64,000 nt of DNA from a virus, in IMG/VR virus record IMGVR_UViG_3300028610_002211, positions 1 to 64,000 of that record. One strand, written 5' to 3'. A program made the translations under genes and the position numbers. Positions 1 to 8,791 of the stretch are shown piece after piece; position 1 is the stretch's first letter; every line of letters begins with the position of its first letter. The notes beneath the pieces are model-generated. The model saw only the letters and a program-made list of their open reading frames with translations, was not told where the DNA came from and did not search any database.

Positions 1-2448
1 CAAATAAACCCAGATCATGGACAGCCAGAATATGTTTCATTTAGGGATGAAATTGGGGAATCGGCTAACCCAAATAGTGTTACAGATAATGGTGATGGGA
101 CGATCGATTTTCGTGTTGATAGTGTGTTAGAAACCGGGGTTGATAATACGGGGCGCATTGTTTTGGTTTATAAAACGATTCCTGCTTCTGGCGCAATAAA
201 TGAATCGATTGCGATTGAACAATGCGTAGTTTTCTATAGTGGGGGGCAAAATTATATTCAGACAACTGGCGATTTAGGTCAAGGTACCATTAACCCAGAA
301 GAAGATGTTTACACAGTTTTTTGTCCAGGTCCAACAGTTAAACGCTATACCGATTTAAGAACTCAAGCGGGGTATTGTTATGTTGGTTATATAACGGGGA
401 ACGCTGGTACACCAAGCTTGTTTAATTACGACGATCAAAAAGTTATCGACCACAACTGGACTGATATTTTGATATACGGTTTAGATCAAGATTTTTGGCC
501 CAAAGTTGATGCAACATACAAATTAGGAAGGGCAACACACCAATGGTCTGAAATCCATACGGTTGACTTTTTGATGAGTGGTGACTTTCTGCCCGTTTCG
601 GACAACGCGCAGGATATAGGGGCAACTGGTAAAAAATGGGCTGATGGTTGGTTTGGCGGCAAAGTCGAATGTAACGATTTTGTATTAAACGGAACTGCAC
701 CGGGCGGCGGGGTTATGTCACATATCGAACCGAGTGCACATAACGCTTGGGCTATTGGAGATAGTACTTATTGGTTTGGTGAGCTTTATAGCGTTTGGGC
801 TGATATTGACAATTTAACGATTGATGATTCTGGAACCGGGGCCGGAGTCAGGAGTGGACTTGTACCAGAAACAACCGATATGTGGGATCTTGGAATTCCA
901 ACTTACCGTTGGAATGATGTAAACGCCATTGATGGTTATTTCGAATTATTTTCACTTCTTGCAACGTCGGGCGAAGGTTGTGTTACTGACTTTGTACCAA
1001 CCGTAGGTAGATCGGTAGATTTAGGCAATTCATCTTATTTATGGGATAATCTTCATGTTGGTGTTGTTTTTATCGATAATCGTTTAGAATTGACTTATAA
1101 TGATCCTACACCAGTTGCAGGGGTTCATAGCACTTTAGATCCAACAACAGACAACACTTTCAACCTTGGTGTTTTAACAGCACGTTGGGCTAATGTTGAA
1201 TCTAGACGCGGGGCGTTTAACATTTTAAAAGTTGACGATTCCGGTTCTACAACAACCGGGGTTGAAACCGGCCTTTTGCCAAATGCAGACGATACGCGTA
1301 ATTTTGGTTCAATTCCTTATCGTTGGAATGAAGGCCATATCAAAGTTCTTTATCTCGCTTCTGGTGGTGGTGGTCCTAATGGTATTGATTCCGATTGTCA
1401 ACCTGGACAAACGGATCATTGGACTCTTGGAGATAGTTCTTATCGTTGGGATGAAATCGAAGCAAAAATAGTTGATGCGAGGATTTTAGATCTCGATGGC
1501 GGTTCATCTGGTATTGGTTGTATTTCTGACTTTAGACCGGGCGCTTTGGATTTGACCCTTGGCGATTCAAGTTATAATTGGGATATTCTCTATTTAGATG
1601 TTTTGGATATAAATACTGGTCTGGATAGCGGTTGTACAACTGATTTCGAACCGGTGGCAAACGGCGGTTCTGATTTGGGTTCCTTTTCCTATGAATGGGA
1701 AAATCTTTGGGTAACTGGAATCGCTAATATCGATAAACTTGTTTTGGACACAACAGGTGGAACGGGGTTTGGTGTTGGTTCTGATGTTTTGCCGGAAGCG
1801 GATAATACTTATGATTTGGGTTCGTTTTCATTCCCATGGGACGATCTTTGGGTAGGGGGAATCGCTAATATAGATAAACTCGTTTTAGACGCAACAGGTG
1901 GGACAGGGTTTGGTGTTGGTTCTGATGTTTTACCAGAAGATACAAATTTTTACGATCTAGGGAGTATATCGTATTCTTGGGATTATATAAGGGTTTCGGG
2001 TCAACTTTCCGTTGGTGAGATTCTAATCAACACTACTCCTGGAAGTGGTGGTATGGCTTCTTCAATGTTTCCAAAAATAACAGATTCTTATAGTTTAGGA
2101 GATGATACTTATTATTGGGAAAACGTTTATACTAATAACCTGTATTACAAAACAACGTTTACGACTTTTGATGATGTGGATGACTTAAGGTTGATTTCAA
2201 AATATGCCCCAACAGACGAAACTGTCACAATTGTCAAAAATGGCAAAACGAAAATTGTAAAAAAGGCCGATCCAAATACAATACCTTGGCCGATGTTGGG
2301 AACGAAAGACCCAACAAAGGGCGATCACTTTTTGCACGCGGGTGACTCAATTACGTTTTTGCTCGGTGCGATAAAACAACTTCACAAAGAACATAAAAAG
2401 GCGCTAGGAAGAATTGCTCAACTAGAAGCGGTAACTATGCCAATTTAA
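1..2448 (+). CDS. Tail fibre/spike-like protein (5'-truncated) with ~45-47 aa repeats and a C-terminal intramolecular-chaperone-like region
   Basis: Frame is open from base 1. Repeated P-x-x-D-N-T-Y-D-L-G-S-x-S-Y-x-W units; C-terminus FLLGAIKQL...IAQLE resembles the coiled coil of tail-fibre chaperone domains. Confidence 0.7.
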   Translation, partial: QINPDHGQPEYVSFRDEIGESANPNSVTDNGDGTIDFRVDSVLETGVDNTGRIVLVYKTIPASGAINESIAIEQCVVFYSGGQNYIQTTGDLGQGTINPEEDVYTVFCPGPTVKRYTDLRTQAGYCYVGYITGNAGTPSLFNYDDQKVIDHNWTDILIYGLDQDFWPKVDATYKLGRATHQWSEIHTVDFLMSGDFLPVSDNAQDIGATGKKWADGWFGGKVECNDFVLNGTAPGGGVMSHIEPSAHNAWAIGDSTYWFGELYSVWADIDNLTIDDSGTGAGVRSGLVPETTDMWDLGIPTYRWNDVNAIDGYFELFSLLATSGEGCVTDFVPTVGRSVDLGNSSYLWDNLHVGVVFIDNRLELTYNDPTPVAGVHSTLDPTTDNTFNLGVLTARWANVESRRGAFNILKVDDSGSTTTGVETGLLPNADDTRNFGSIPYRWNEGHIKVLYLASGGGGPNGIDSDCQPGQTDHWTLGDSSYRWDEIEAKIVDARILDLDGGSSGIGCISDFRPGALDLTLGDSSYNWDILYLDVLDINTGLDSGCTTDFEPVANGGSDLGSFSYEWENLWVTGIANIDKLVLDTTGGTGFGVGSDVLPEADNTYDLGSFSFPWDDLWVGGIANIDKLVLDATGGTGFGVGSDVLPEDTNFYDLGSISYSWDYIRVSGQLSVGEILINTTPGSGGMASSMFPKITDSYSLGDDTYYWENVYTNNLYYKTTFTTFDDVDDLRLISKYAPTDETVTIVKNGKTKIVKKADPNTIPWPMLGTKDPTKGDHFLHAGDSITFLLGAIKQLHKEHKKALGRIAQLEAVTMPI
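1672..1948 (+). repeat. Recent 141-nt (47 aa) tandem duplication inside the tail-fibre gene
   Basis: DLGSFS..W..LWV.GIANIDKLVLD.TGGTGFGVGSDVLPE occurs twice, starting at 1672 and 1813, with high DNA identity. Confidence 0.9.
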
Positions 2449-2451
2449 CAA

Positions 2452-2922
2452 ATGAAACTTCTAATTGTAAATTTTTGGGACCCTGAAAACACAAAATACT
2501 TTGGAAGGTATTCTGACGCAATTGACATTTTGGTTAGATCGTTAAAAGAGTCTGAAGTTTTTTCGATCGGGGTTTCTAAAGGGGCTGAAGAACCTTTAAA
2601 AGAAAAAATCGGAGGTTTACAAAGAGCAATCAAACACGCAAAAACAAACAATTTCGATCGGTTATTTATTTTAGGTGAAGGGGTTGTTTTAACACCAATA
2701 GAATTTCAAAAAATGGTCGAAGTTGATTCCGAAGTAGTTTTAACAAAAAACGAAGATTTTTCTTGTTGTCTTATCAGAGTAAGAACTTTGGAGGTTTACC
2801 CAATTCCTTATATGGGTGAATTCAGCCCACCTGATAAAATGTGGTTGAAACTTTTAAGACAAAATAGTATAAAAATATCTATCATTGGTGGTGTAAAAAC
2901 CGTATGTTTAAATGAGCTATAA
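2452..2922 (+). CDS. Hypothetical protein, degenerate GT-A glycosyltransferase-like fold
   Basis: NFDRLFILGEGVVL...FSCCLIR pattern resembles GT2-like proteins, but the DxD motif is absent. Confidence 0.35.
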   Translation: MKLLIVNFWDPENTKYFGRYSDAIDILVRSLKESEVFSIGVSKGAEEPLKEKIGGLQRAIKHAKTNNFDRLFILGEGVVLTPIEFQKMVEVDSEVVLTKNEDFSCCLIRVRTLEVYPIPYMGEFSPPDKMWLKLLRQNSIKISIIGGVKTVCLNEL

Positions 2923-2946
2923 CAAAGCCGAAAAGGAGATTAAAAA

Positions 2947-3165
2947 ATGGCACAGAAAAAGCTCAAAAACACGACTTTGTTTCTTTCCGGTGAGCCGGAA
3001 AATTCGTTTCCAGATAAGGCTTTTGTGTCTTATATTGTGAAAGCGGGCAAGGCCGAAAAGAAACAACAAATCTTCGAGATTGACGATCTCGATCCAAACC
3101 AACCGGTTGCGGATATTTTCGCCGCTGCGTTAGTTGAAATCAAACAAGCCGAAGGTGTGGCTTAG
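2947..3165 (+). CDS. Hypothetical protein
   Basis: 72-aa ORF with AAGGAG SD. Confidence 0.7.
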   Translation: MAQKKLKNTTLFLSGEPENSFPDKAFVSYIVKAGKAEKKQQIFEIDDLDPNQPVADIFAAALVEIKQAEGVA

Positions 3166-3180
3166 AAAGGAGCTGTGAAA

Positions 3181-3387
3181 ATGGCACGCGAAATTGGGAC
3201 TCTTCGTTTAGTTGCATCGGGTATTTCGGCTGGTTTGACAAAATTGTGGGCCGAATACAAGATCGAAGACGGCGACATGAGGGAACGATCCGAACCGCTG
3301 AAGTTCAAAAATGTCGACTTCACAAAAACGGCGGCCGAACTTTGGCAAGATGCAAAGGCGGCAATTGCCACAAAAGAAAAACTCTAA
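3181..3387 (+). CDS. Hypothetical protein
   Basis: AAGGAG SD; tight packing with neighbours. Confidence 0.7.
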   Translation: MAREIGTLRLVASGISAGLTKLWAEYKIEDGDMRERSEPLKFKNVDFTKTAAELWQDAKAAIATKEKL

Positions 3388-3433
3388 ATAACCACTGTTC
3401 GACGCAAAACGCGTTTAAACGAAAGGTTAAGAA

Positions 3434-3760
3434 ATGAGCAGCAGATCAAAAACGAAAAAACCCTCTTTGGTCGTTGATGATACCCCAGACAAGTCAACAG
3501 AACAACAAACGCCAGATCAATATATAGTCTCGGTTTTAAAAGGTGAAGTAACTTTGACCGGTATCGAAGCGAGGATCGCAAACAATTTGCGCGGACAAAG
3601 AGAAAAACAATCTCAACTAAAAACCGAAGTCCAAAGACTTTCTGAAGATCTCAGACGAACACAAGACTTGTTGTCACAAATGGGCGGCCGAATTGATGAA
3701 AACACACGTCTATTGCTTGAAACTGAAGGGGAAAGGCGCGGCGCAATAACGAAAGGGTAA
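3434..3760 (+). CDS. Coiled-coil hypothetical protein
   Basis: Heptad-rich C-terminal half. Confidence 0.65.
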   Translation: MSSRSKTKKPSLVVDDTPDKSTEQQTPDQYIVSVLKGEVTLTGIEARIANNLRGQREKQSQLKTEVQRLSEDLRRTQDLLSQMGGRIDENTRLLLETEGERRGAITKG

Positions 3761-3763
3761 AAA

Positions 3764-4093
3764 ATGGAAGCTTGGGGAATTGATGTAAAATCGTTTATCG
3801 GTTTGGTGTTAAGTGCAACAGCGGTTATGACATTTATCGGTTTGATTCCAATCAGCAAAAAGAAAAAACTAAACTCGACTTGGTTTTGGAAAAACTTGGG
3901 AACTTATGTTTTGGTTGCGGTTTGTATCGGCGGCGCATTTGTTCCGGCGATTAAAACTGAAACGCCGGTCATGTTTGGTCTTGTTGCCGCTCTTACAGCA
4001 CATCTTTGTCGTAAAGCGATCCCATCGGCTATCCGCCAAAAGTTTGGATCTTTGATCGGAATCAAACCAAAAAAGAGCGGCGGCGCAAAATGA
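3764..4093 (+). CDS. Holin-like membrane protein
   Basis: About three hydrophobic segments and a basic C-terminal tail; lies directly upstream of spanin-like genes. Confidence 0.5.
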   Translation: MEAWGIDVKSFIGLVLSATAVMTFIGLIPISKKKKLNSTWFWKNLGTYVLVAVCIGGAFVPAIKTETPVMFGLVAALTAHLCRKAIPSAIRQKFGSLIGIKPKKSGGAK

Positions 4094-4506
4094 GTTTTGA
4101 ACCAAAAGCGGTAATCGAGTGGTACAAAGCGAAACCAAAATGGTTGAGGGTGATACTTTTTGTTTTCATTGTTCTTGGTGTGGTTCTGGCGGCGATCTGG
4201 TGGGTTTTGGCGCGGTTGACTAGCCCGAGCCATGGCCCAAAATCGGGACCGTTACAAGCCGTTACAGACGCGCTAGAAGACGAATACAAAGAAGACGTGA
4301 AAAAAACCGTCGAAGCTGTTGAGCGCAACGACAAAAAGATTAAAAAACTGAAAGAGCGACGTGCAGACCTTAAAAAAGGGCGCGTGGATGGGATGAAACA
4401 AAATGAGGACGAACATGAGACGATTGACAGCGCTTCTGACGCTGGTAGTGTTGTTAATGCAATCAATGCCAACCGTCGCCGAAGAAGGCTCACAGACACC
4501 GATTAG
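4090..4506 (+). CDS. i-spanin (Rz)-like protein
   Basis: Single N-terminal TM followed by a charged coiled coil; ATGA overlap with the holin-like gene. Confidence 0.5.
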   Translation: MSFEPKAVIEWYKAKPKWLRVILFVFIVLGVVLAAIWWVLARLTSPSHGPKSGPLQAVTDALEDEYKEDVKKTVEAVERNDKKIKKLKERRADLKKGRVDGMKQNEDEHETIDSASDAGSVVNAINANRRRRRLTDTD

Positions 4507-4900
4507 ACCGCCTTCAGAGCAATTTGAACCCGAAGCGATCACAGTCAAAGATGTGACGGGCGCAAGCTTTGTTTGTTTCACCCCAAAAAATGGTCAAAAA
4601 GTAGGCCACCTTTTCACCGATTATCACACAATTTGGGCCTACATGATAACACTAGAAGCCGAAATTTTGACGCTGAATCAAGAGATCGAGCTTTTGAATG
4701 ATAATGCCGATCGATGGGAAGGTCTTTATCTCGAAGCCGATGAACGCGGTAACACCTACAAGGGTGCATTTGAGTCGACTCATAATCTACTCATGAGCTC
4801 TGAAAAGGCTCGTTATGATCGTGATCGATGGGGCTGGGTCCCGTGGTCTATCACGGCGCTTGTGGCGGTTGTTGCGGGCGCCGTAGTTGTCGCCCAATAG
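4415..4900 (+). CDS. Secreted/membrane protein overlapping the Rz-like gene (spanin partner-like)
   Basis: Signal peptide MRRLTALLTLVVLL..., coiled coil and C-terminal hydrophobic segment; starts inside the upstream gene in another frame. Confidence 0.45.
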   Translation: MRRLTALLTLVVLLMQSMPTVAEEGSQTPIRPPSEQFEPEAITVKDVTGASFVCFTPKNGQKVGHLFTDYHTIWAYMITLEAEILTLNQEIELLNDNADRWEGLYLEADERGNTYKGAFESTHNLLMSSEKARYDRDRWGWVPWSITALVAVVAGAVVVAQ

Positions 4901-4934
4901 TCTTACCTATCCCTGAAAAAATGGCCGTTATAGA

Positions 4935-4988
4935 GGCACCCTAGCGACTTTTACGGGGGGTGAGGTTTGACCAAGTCGCCAGGGTGCC
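4935..4988 (-). other. 16-bp RNA hairpin between the lysis and replication modules
   Basis: GGCACCCTAGCGACTT / AAGTCGCCAGGGTGCC; the single mismatch becomes G-U only on the minus strand. Confidence 0.6.
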
Positions 4989-5055
4989 AAGGTTGGGAAT
5001 GAACTTGGTCGTAGTGTCCATTATGCCAGTTCTAAAACATAAGTCAAGAAAAAAA

Positions 5056-5085
5056 TTGACAAAAGGTAAAAAAAACGAGTAAGCT
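5056..5085 (+). promoter_or_regulatory. sigma70-type promoter, probably leaderless, for the helicase gene
   Basis: TTGACA-18-TAAGCT; ATG 7 nt after the -10; no SD. Confidence 0.6.
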
Positions 5086-5091
5086 AATCGA

Positions 5092-6591
5092 ATGACAAAA
5101 AAGTTGATTTTAAAAGTTGAGAACAAATACACAACAATCAAAAATGCCGATCGTATGATTGTCAAATTATTACAAGATGTTACTTCATATTTAGTTGCCG
5201 GTTCGTATTTTTCGCCAGCGTTTAGGGATAAACGTTGGGACGGGCGCGAAAAACTTTTAAAATTCAGTAAAAAAAGAGGTTACTTTTTTCCAACTGGGCT
5301 TTTACAAGATGTGATGTCTGAACTTGATAAACTCAACTTGCGTTATAAAGTTGATACGAAAAACAGGAGATCTCCAAAAGCGGTTGAACACATTTGGTAC
5401 GCTTGGAATACAAAGATAAAACTTCGACCATATCAAGAAAGAGCTTGTAAACGGTTTTTCAAATCTGGCACTTTTCAAGGTAGTGGGATCTTGAAAATGC
5501 CGATCCGTTCAGGGAAAACAAAAACGGTCGCTTGGATAATAAATTTTTTATCTGTCAAAACCTTGTTTATTGTTACAAGCAAAATGCTTTTACATCAAAC
5601 AAAAGAAAGCCTTGAAGAATCTCTTTTTGAAGATGTTGGTTTGATCGGCGACGGTATTTGGAGAGAAAAAAATATAACGGTTGCAATGGCCCAAACTTTG
5701 TCGAGGTTGCAAGAAGCCGGACACCCAATAAAGAAAAAAGGTAAAGAGAAAAAGAAGCCAGACAAAGACGCGGCGAAGCGTTGGGAAGAGCTTACAGGGC
5801 GTTACGACTTGGTTATATTTGATGAAGCGCATCACTTAACTGCTGAAACGTGGCACAAAGGTATGATGGATTTTGACGCGCGTTATAAGATAGGTTTATC
5901 AGCAACGGCCTATCCCGATCGATCCGAACAGTGGGAAAAGGGCGCGATCTGGTTAAAAGCGTGTTGTGGAAATATTCGATATAGTATTGGAACGTCAAAA
6001 CTAGTCAAATTGGGGTATCTGGTTGCTCCAGAAATTTGGTTATTTAAAATCAAAAAGCCGGATTTACTTGGTAAGGGTTGGAGCCAAATAGTTTTAAATC
6101 GTGCTATTTATGAAAACAAACACAGAAATCGCACAATAACAAAAATTACAAAACACTTTGTAAAGCGCGGTGAACCGGTTTTGGTTGTAACAAATAGACT
6201 TAATCAAGTTGCAATTCTATCAGAGCTTTTCGACAAAGCGGAAATCAGTCACCACACAATCACAAGTAAAGATCCAAGCGGGGAACGAACAAATAAAGTT
6301 GGTGATTTCACAAGCGGCGGTGTCAAAGTGTTGATCGGGACTGTATTAAGTGAAGGAATCGATATTCCAGAATTAGTTGTTGTGATAAACGCCGAAGGTG
6401 GAAAAGACATAAAACCAACAATTCAAAAAATGAGAAATTTGACCCCTTCTGATGGTAAAATGAGAGCTTATTATATAGACTTTCTCGATCTGACAAATAA
6501 GTATTTTGCAAAACATTCCAAAGAGCGGTTGAAGGTTTACCGGGAAGAAGAAGCCTTTAAAATCCGGGTTCGCAGGGTCAAAGACCTGTAG
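5092..6591 (+). CDS. Superfamily 2 DEAD/DEAH-box helicase (UvsW/XPB-like)
   Basis: LRPYQ Q-motif, RSGKT Walker A, DEAH, SAT, EGIDIP motifs. Confidence 0.9.
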   Translation: MTKKLILKVENKYTTIKNADRMIVKLLQDVTSYLVAGSYFSPAFRDKRWDGREKLLKFSKKRGYFFPTGLLQDVMSELDKLNLRYKVDTKNRRSPKAVEHIWYAWNTKIKLRPYQERACKRFFKSGTFQGSGILKMPIRSGKTKTVAWIINFLSVKTLFIVTSKMLLHQTKESLEESLFEDVGLIGDGIWREKNITVAMAQTLSRLQEAGHPIKKKGKEKKKPDKDAAKRWEELTGRYDLVIFDEAHHLTAETWHKGMMDFDARYKIGLSATAYPDRSEQWEKGAIWLKACCGNIRYSIGTSKLVKLGYLVAPEIWLFKIKKPDLLGKGWSQIVLNRAIYENKHRNRTITKITKHFVKRGEPVLVVTNRLNQVAILSELFDKAEISHHTITSKDPSGERTNKVGDFTSGGVKVLIGTVLSEGIDIPELVVVINAEGGKDIKPTIQKMRNLTPSDGKMRAYYIDFLDLTNKYFAKHSKERLKVYREEEAFKIRVRRVKDL

Positions 6592-6638
6592 TCAACTTTT
6601 TTCTTTACTTATATTTTAGGTGGGGTTATGATCTGGGC

Positions 6639-6938
6639 ATGAGGCAGTATAGAAAGAGATACGGTGAACCGATCGAAATCGAAGAAGCAACTGAGTTTTT
6701 GACGCCAAGGGCTTTTGTCTGTTTTGTCAAAATGTTGTCTCAAGGCAAGCGAAAATTTTCACAAAACGAATTGCCCGGACTTTTTGATTTAGGAAGAACA
6801 CAAACGACTATGGTATTGAAAGAGCTTCGTTTGATGAAATATGTTGAGCCGGTGAATAATGGGATAGGAAAGCCGGGTGAAGTTTTTATTCGGCGCCAAA
6901 TCTTAATTCAAAGAAAACAAAAGTTTGTTTATCGTTAA
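6639..6938 (+). CDS. Winged-helix DNA-binding protein
   Basis: SQNEL...GRTQTTMVLKELRLMKYV wHTH pattern; preceded by TTTACT-17-TATGAT with ATG at +7. Confidence 0.55.
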   Translation: MRQYRKRYGEPIEIEEATEFLTPRAFVCFVKMLSQGKRKFSQNELPGLFDLGRTQTTMVLKELRLMKYVEPVNNGIGKPGEVFIRRQILIQRKQKFVYR

Positions 6939-7212
6939 CATGTGGATTAGAATGATTAGGATAAGTTGGATTAATGGCGACATATAAAAAACTCGAAGGC
7001 GCTTCGAGTAGTCACAAGGTCGCTACTCTGATTTTATTTTTTACGATAAATTATCGAATAGTCGTTAAGAAGTGGTCAAAAAAAACGACGGCGTTTAACT
7101 CCGAAACATTTCATAATCAGTTCAAAAAGCACTCTGTTGTAACGAATAGTCGAAAGGTCGAAAAAGTGAACACGAAAAATTTTTTGCGCTTTATATCATC
7201 GGAAAAACCCCA

Positions 7213-8028
7213 ATGAAAAGTAACGACAAGTCGGTAACAAAGCGGAAGGTAAAAAGAGTTAAAAAAGAGAATAGGGGTCATATTATATCTCCTATATCTT
7301 CTGATAATAAGAAGAAGAGAATAAATATTAAGAAGTTAAAAGAAATTAGAGACCGTAGGTCTCTATGCGCGCCCAAAAGAAAAAAGAAAAAACTCGATTG
7401 GTCTCAAGTTGCCCAGAATAAGAAATTATCATTTTCGTTTTCGCCAACTGATGAAGAACGCGAAGAAATGCTTTCTATTTTGAAATTAACAATGCACAAC
7501 CCAGCAAAAAAACTTTTGGTCAAAAAGCTTGGTGATGGTTTCGCGATAGCATATCAAAGATATAGACGGGCGTTAGAACGGGAACAAGGGAAACGTGGTT
7601 GTTTTCTTGTTTCTGATAGTTCAATGAAACATGCCCAACAAGGCGGAATTCGTTGTATTCAAAAAGAGATTACCCCTTTTGAAGTGTTGCGGTATTGGCA
7701 CAAACACATTGGTGATTTTAAAAATGGTTCGCTCAAAATACCGCCGTTGACTTGGGTTGCTTCTGAACAAGCAATTGAGACTGTTGCTTGTAGCGATTTG
7801 AGCGCCAAAGGAGAAAAACCGTCTTTTGGTAATTCGTTTTCAGGAAAAGAATTAGATCCAAAAGTCAGAGAACTTTTGAAAAAGTTTGGAGTTGAAGAAC
7901 AAGAAGAGGAATTTTTATTACAAATACAGAACGCCGCTTGTGCAATTTCTCAAGGCGCTTTATTTTATATCCCAAAAAAAATAAAAAGGGCCGCCAAATA
8001 TTTGGCAAAGGCGCATTTTTCAAAATGA
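7213..8028 (+). CDS. Putative replication initiator protein
   Basis: Basic protein coupled (ATGA) to the DnaC-like loader; purine/AT-rich internal tract at about 7280-7350. Confidence 0.4.
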   Translation: MKSNDKSVTKRKVKRVKKENRGHIISPISSDNKKKRINIKKLKEIRDRRSLCAPKRKKKKLDWSQVAQNKKLSFSFSPTDEEREEMLSILKLTMHNPAKKLLVKKLGDGFAIAYQRYRRALEREQGKRGCFLVSDSSMKHAQQGGIRCIQKEITPFEVLRYWHKHIGDFKNGSLKIPPLTWVASEQAIETVACSDLSAKGEKPSFGNSFSGKELDPKVRELLKKFGVEEQEEEFLLQIQNAACAISQGALFYIPKKIKRAAKYLAKAHFSK

Positions 8029-8708
8029 GAGATTTAGAAGAGGTCGAAGAATTTAAAACTCGGGTTGCTTCAAAACACATAAGTGACGAAAGAAAACATT
8101 TTTTGGTTGGGGCTTTCGAGGGTTGTGTGCCAATGGAGTTTTGGAAAATCAAAAAATCAAGTGTCAAGCAAAATGTTGACGTTTTTAAAAATGTGATTTT
8201 GAAATATTGTGAAAATCTAAATAAAGCTCATAGGCGTGGTTTTGGGCTTTGTTTAGTTGGTGATAATGGGGTTGGTAAAACATATTTTATCAGTTATGTT
8301 TTGACTCAGGCAATCAAAAAAAGGAAGACGGTTTATTATACAACTATGCTGCAACTTGAACATGATATAAAACGCGGATTTGATGACAAAGGAGCGACCA
8401 AATATCTCGATTTGCTTTTGACAAGTGATTGGTTAGCGATCGATGAACTTGGGAAAGAGCAAAGGGTTAAAGGAAGAAAGCAAACTGCCACTTTCATCGA
8501 TAGCCAGTTTGAACGCATTTTAAAAAAGCGTTTCGATGATTCTATGCCGGTTTTGCTCGGTTCGAATTTAGATTATAAAGATTTGTCTAAAACCTATGGA
8601 TCGTCTGTTGTTTCAGTGCTCAAAGGTAAGTATCTTGTGGCGGAATTGGTTGGTGAAGACTATAGAGAGGTGTTAGCGACTCAGACGAGAAAGGAAATGG
8701 GTTTTTGA
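8025..8708 (+). CDS. DnaC/IstB-like AAA+ helicase loader
   Basis: GDNGVGKT Walker A, LAIDELGKE Walker B; lies upstream of DnaB. Confidence 0.85.
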   Translation: MRDLEEVEEFKTRVASKHISDERKHFLVGAFEGCVPMEFWKIKKSSVKQNVDVFKNVILKYCENLNKAHRRGFGLCLVGDNGVGKTYFISYVLTQAIKKRKTVYYTTMLQLEHDIKRGFDDKGATKYLDLLLTSDWLAIDELGKEQRVKGRKQTATFIDSQFERILKKRFDDSMPVLLGSNLDYKDLSKTYGSSVVSVLKGKYLVAELVGEDYREVLATQTRKEMGF

Positions 8709-8791
8709 CCGGCTTTTACACCTTTTGGTGTGGTTTGGTATACATCGAGCACAACGGCTGTCAGAACGGCGCACAAGGACTCTGAGAAGAT

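Noticed and set aside
1-2448. Diversity-generating retroelement acting on the tail fibre
   Set aside because: No reverse transcriptase in the window, and the duplicated unit differs at all base types, not only adenines.
2948-2963. Additional GG-N10-GC sigma54-like match
   Set aside because: It lies inside a coding start, lacks TTGC and has none of the associated boxes.
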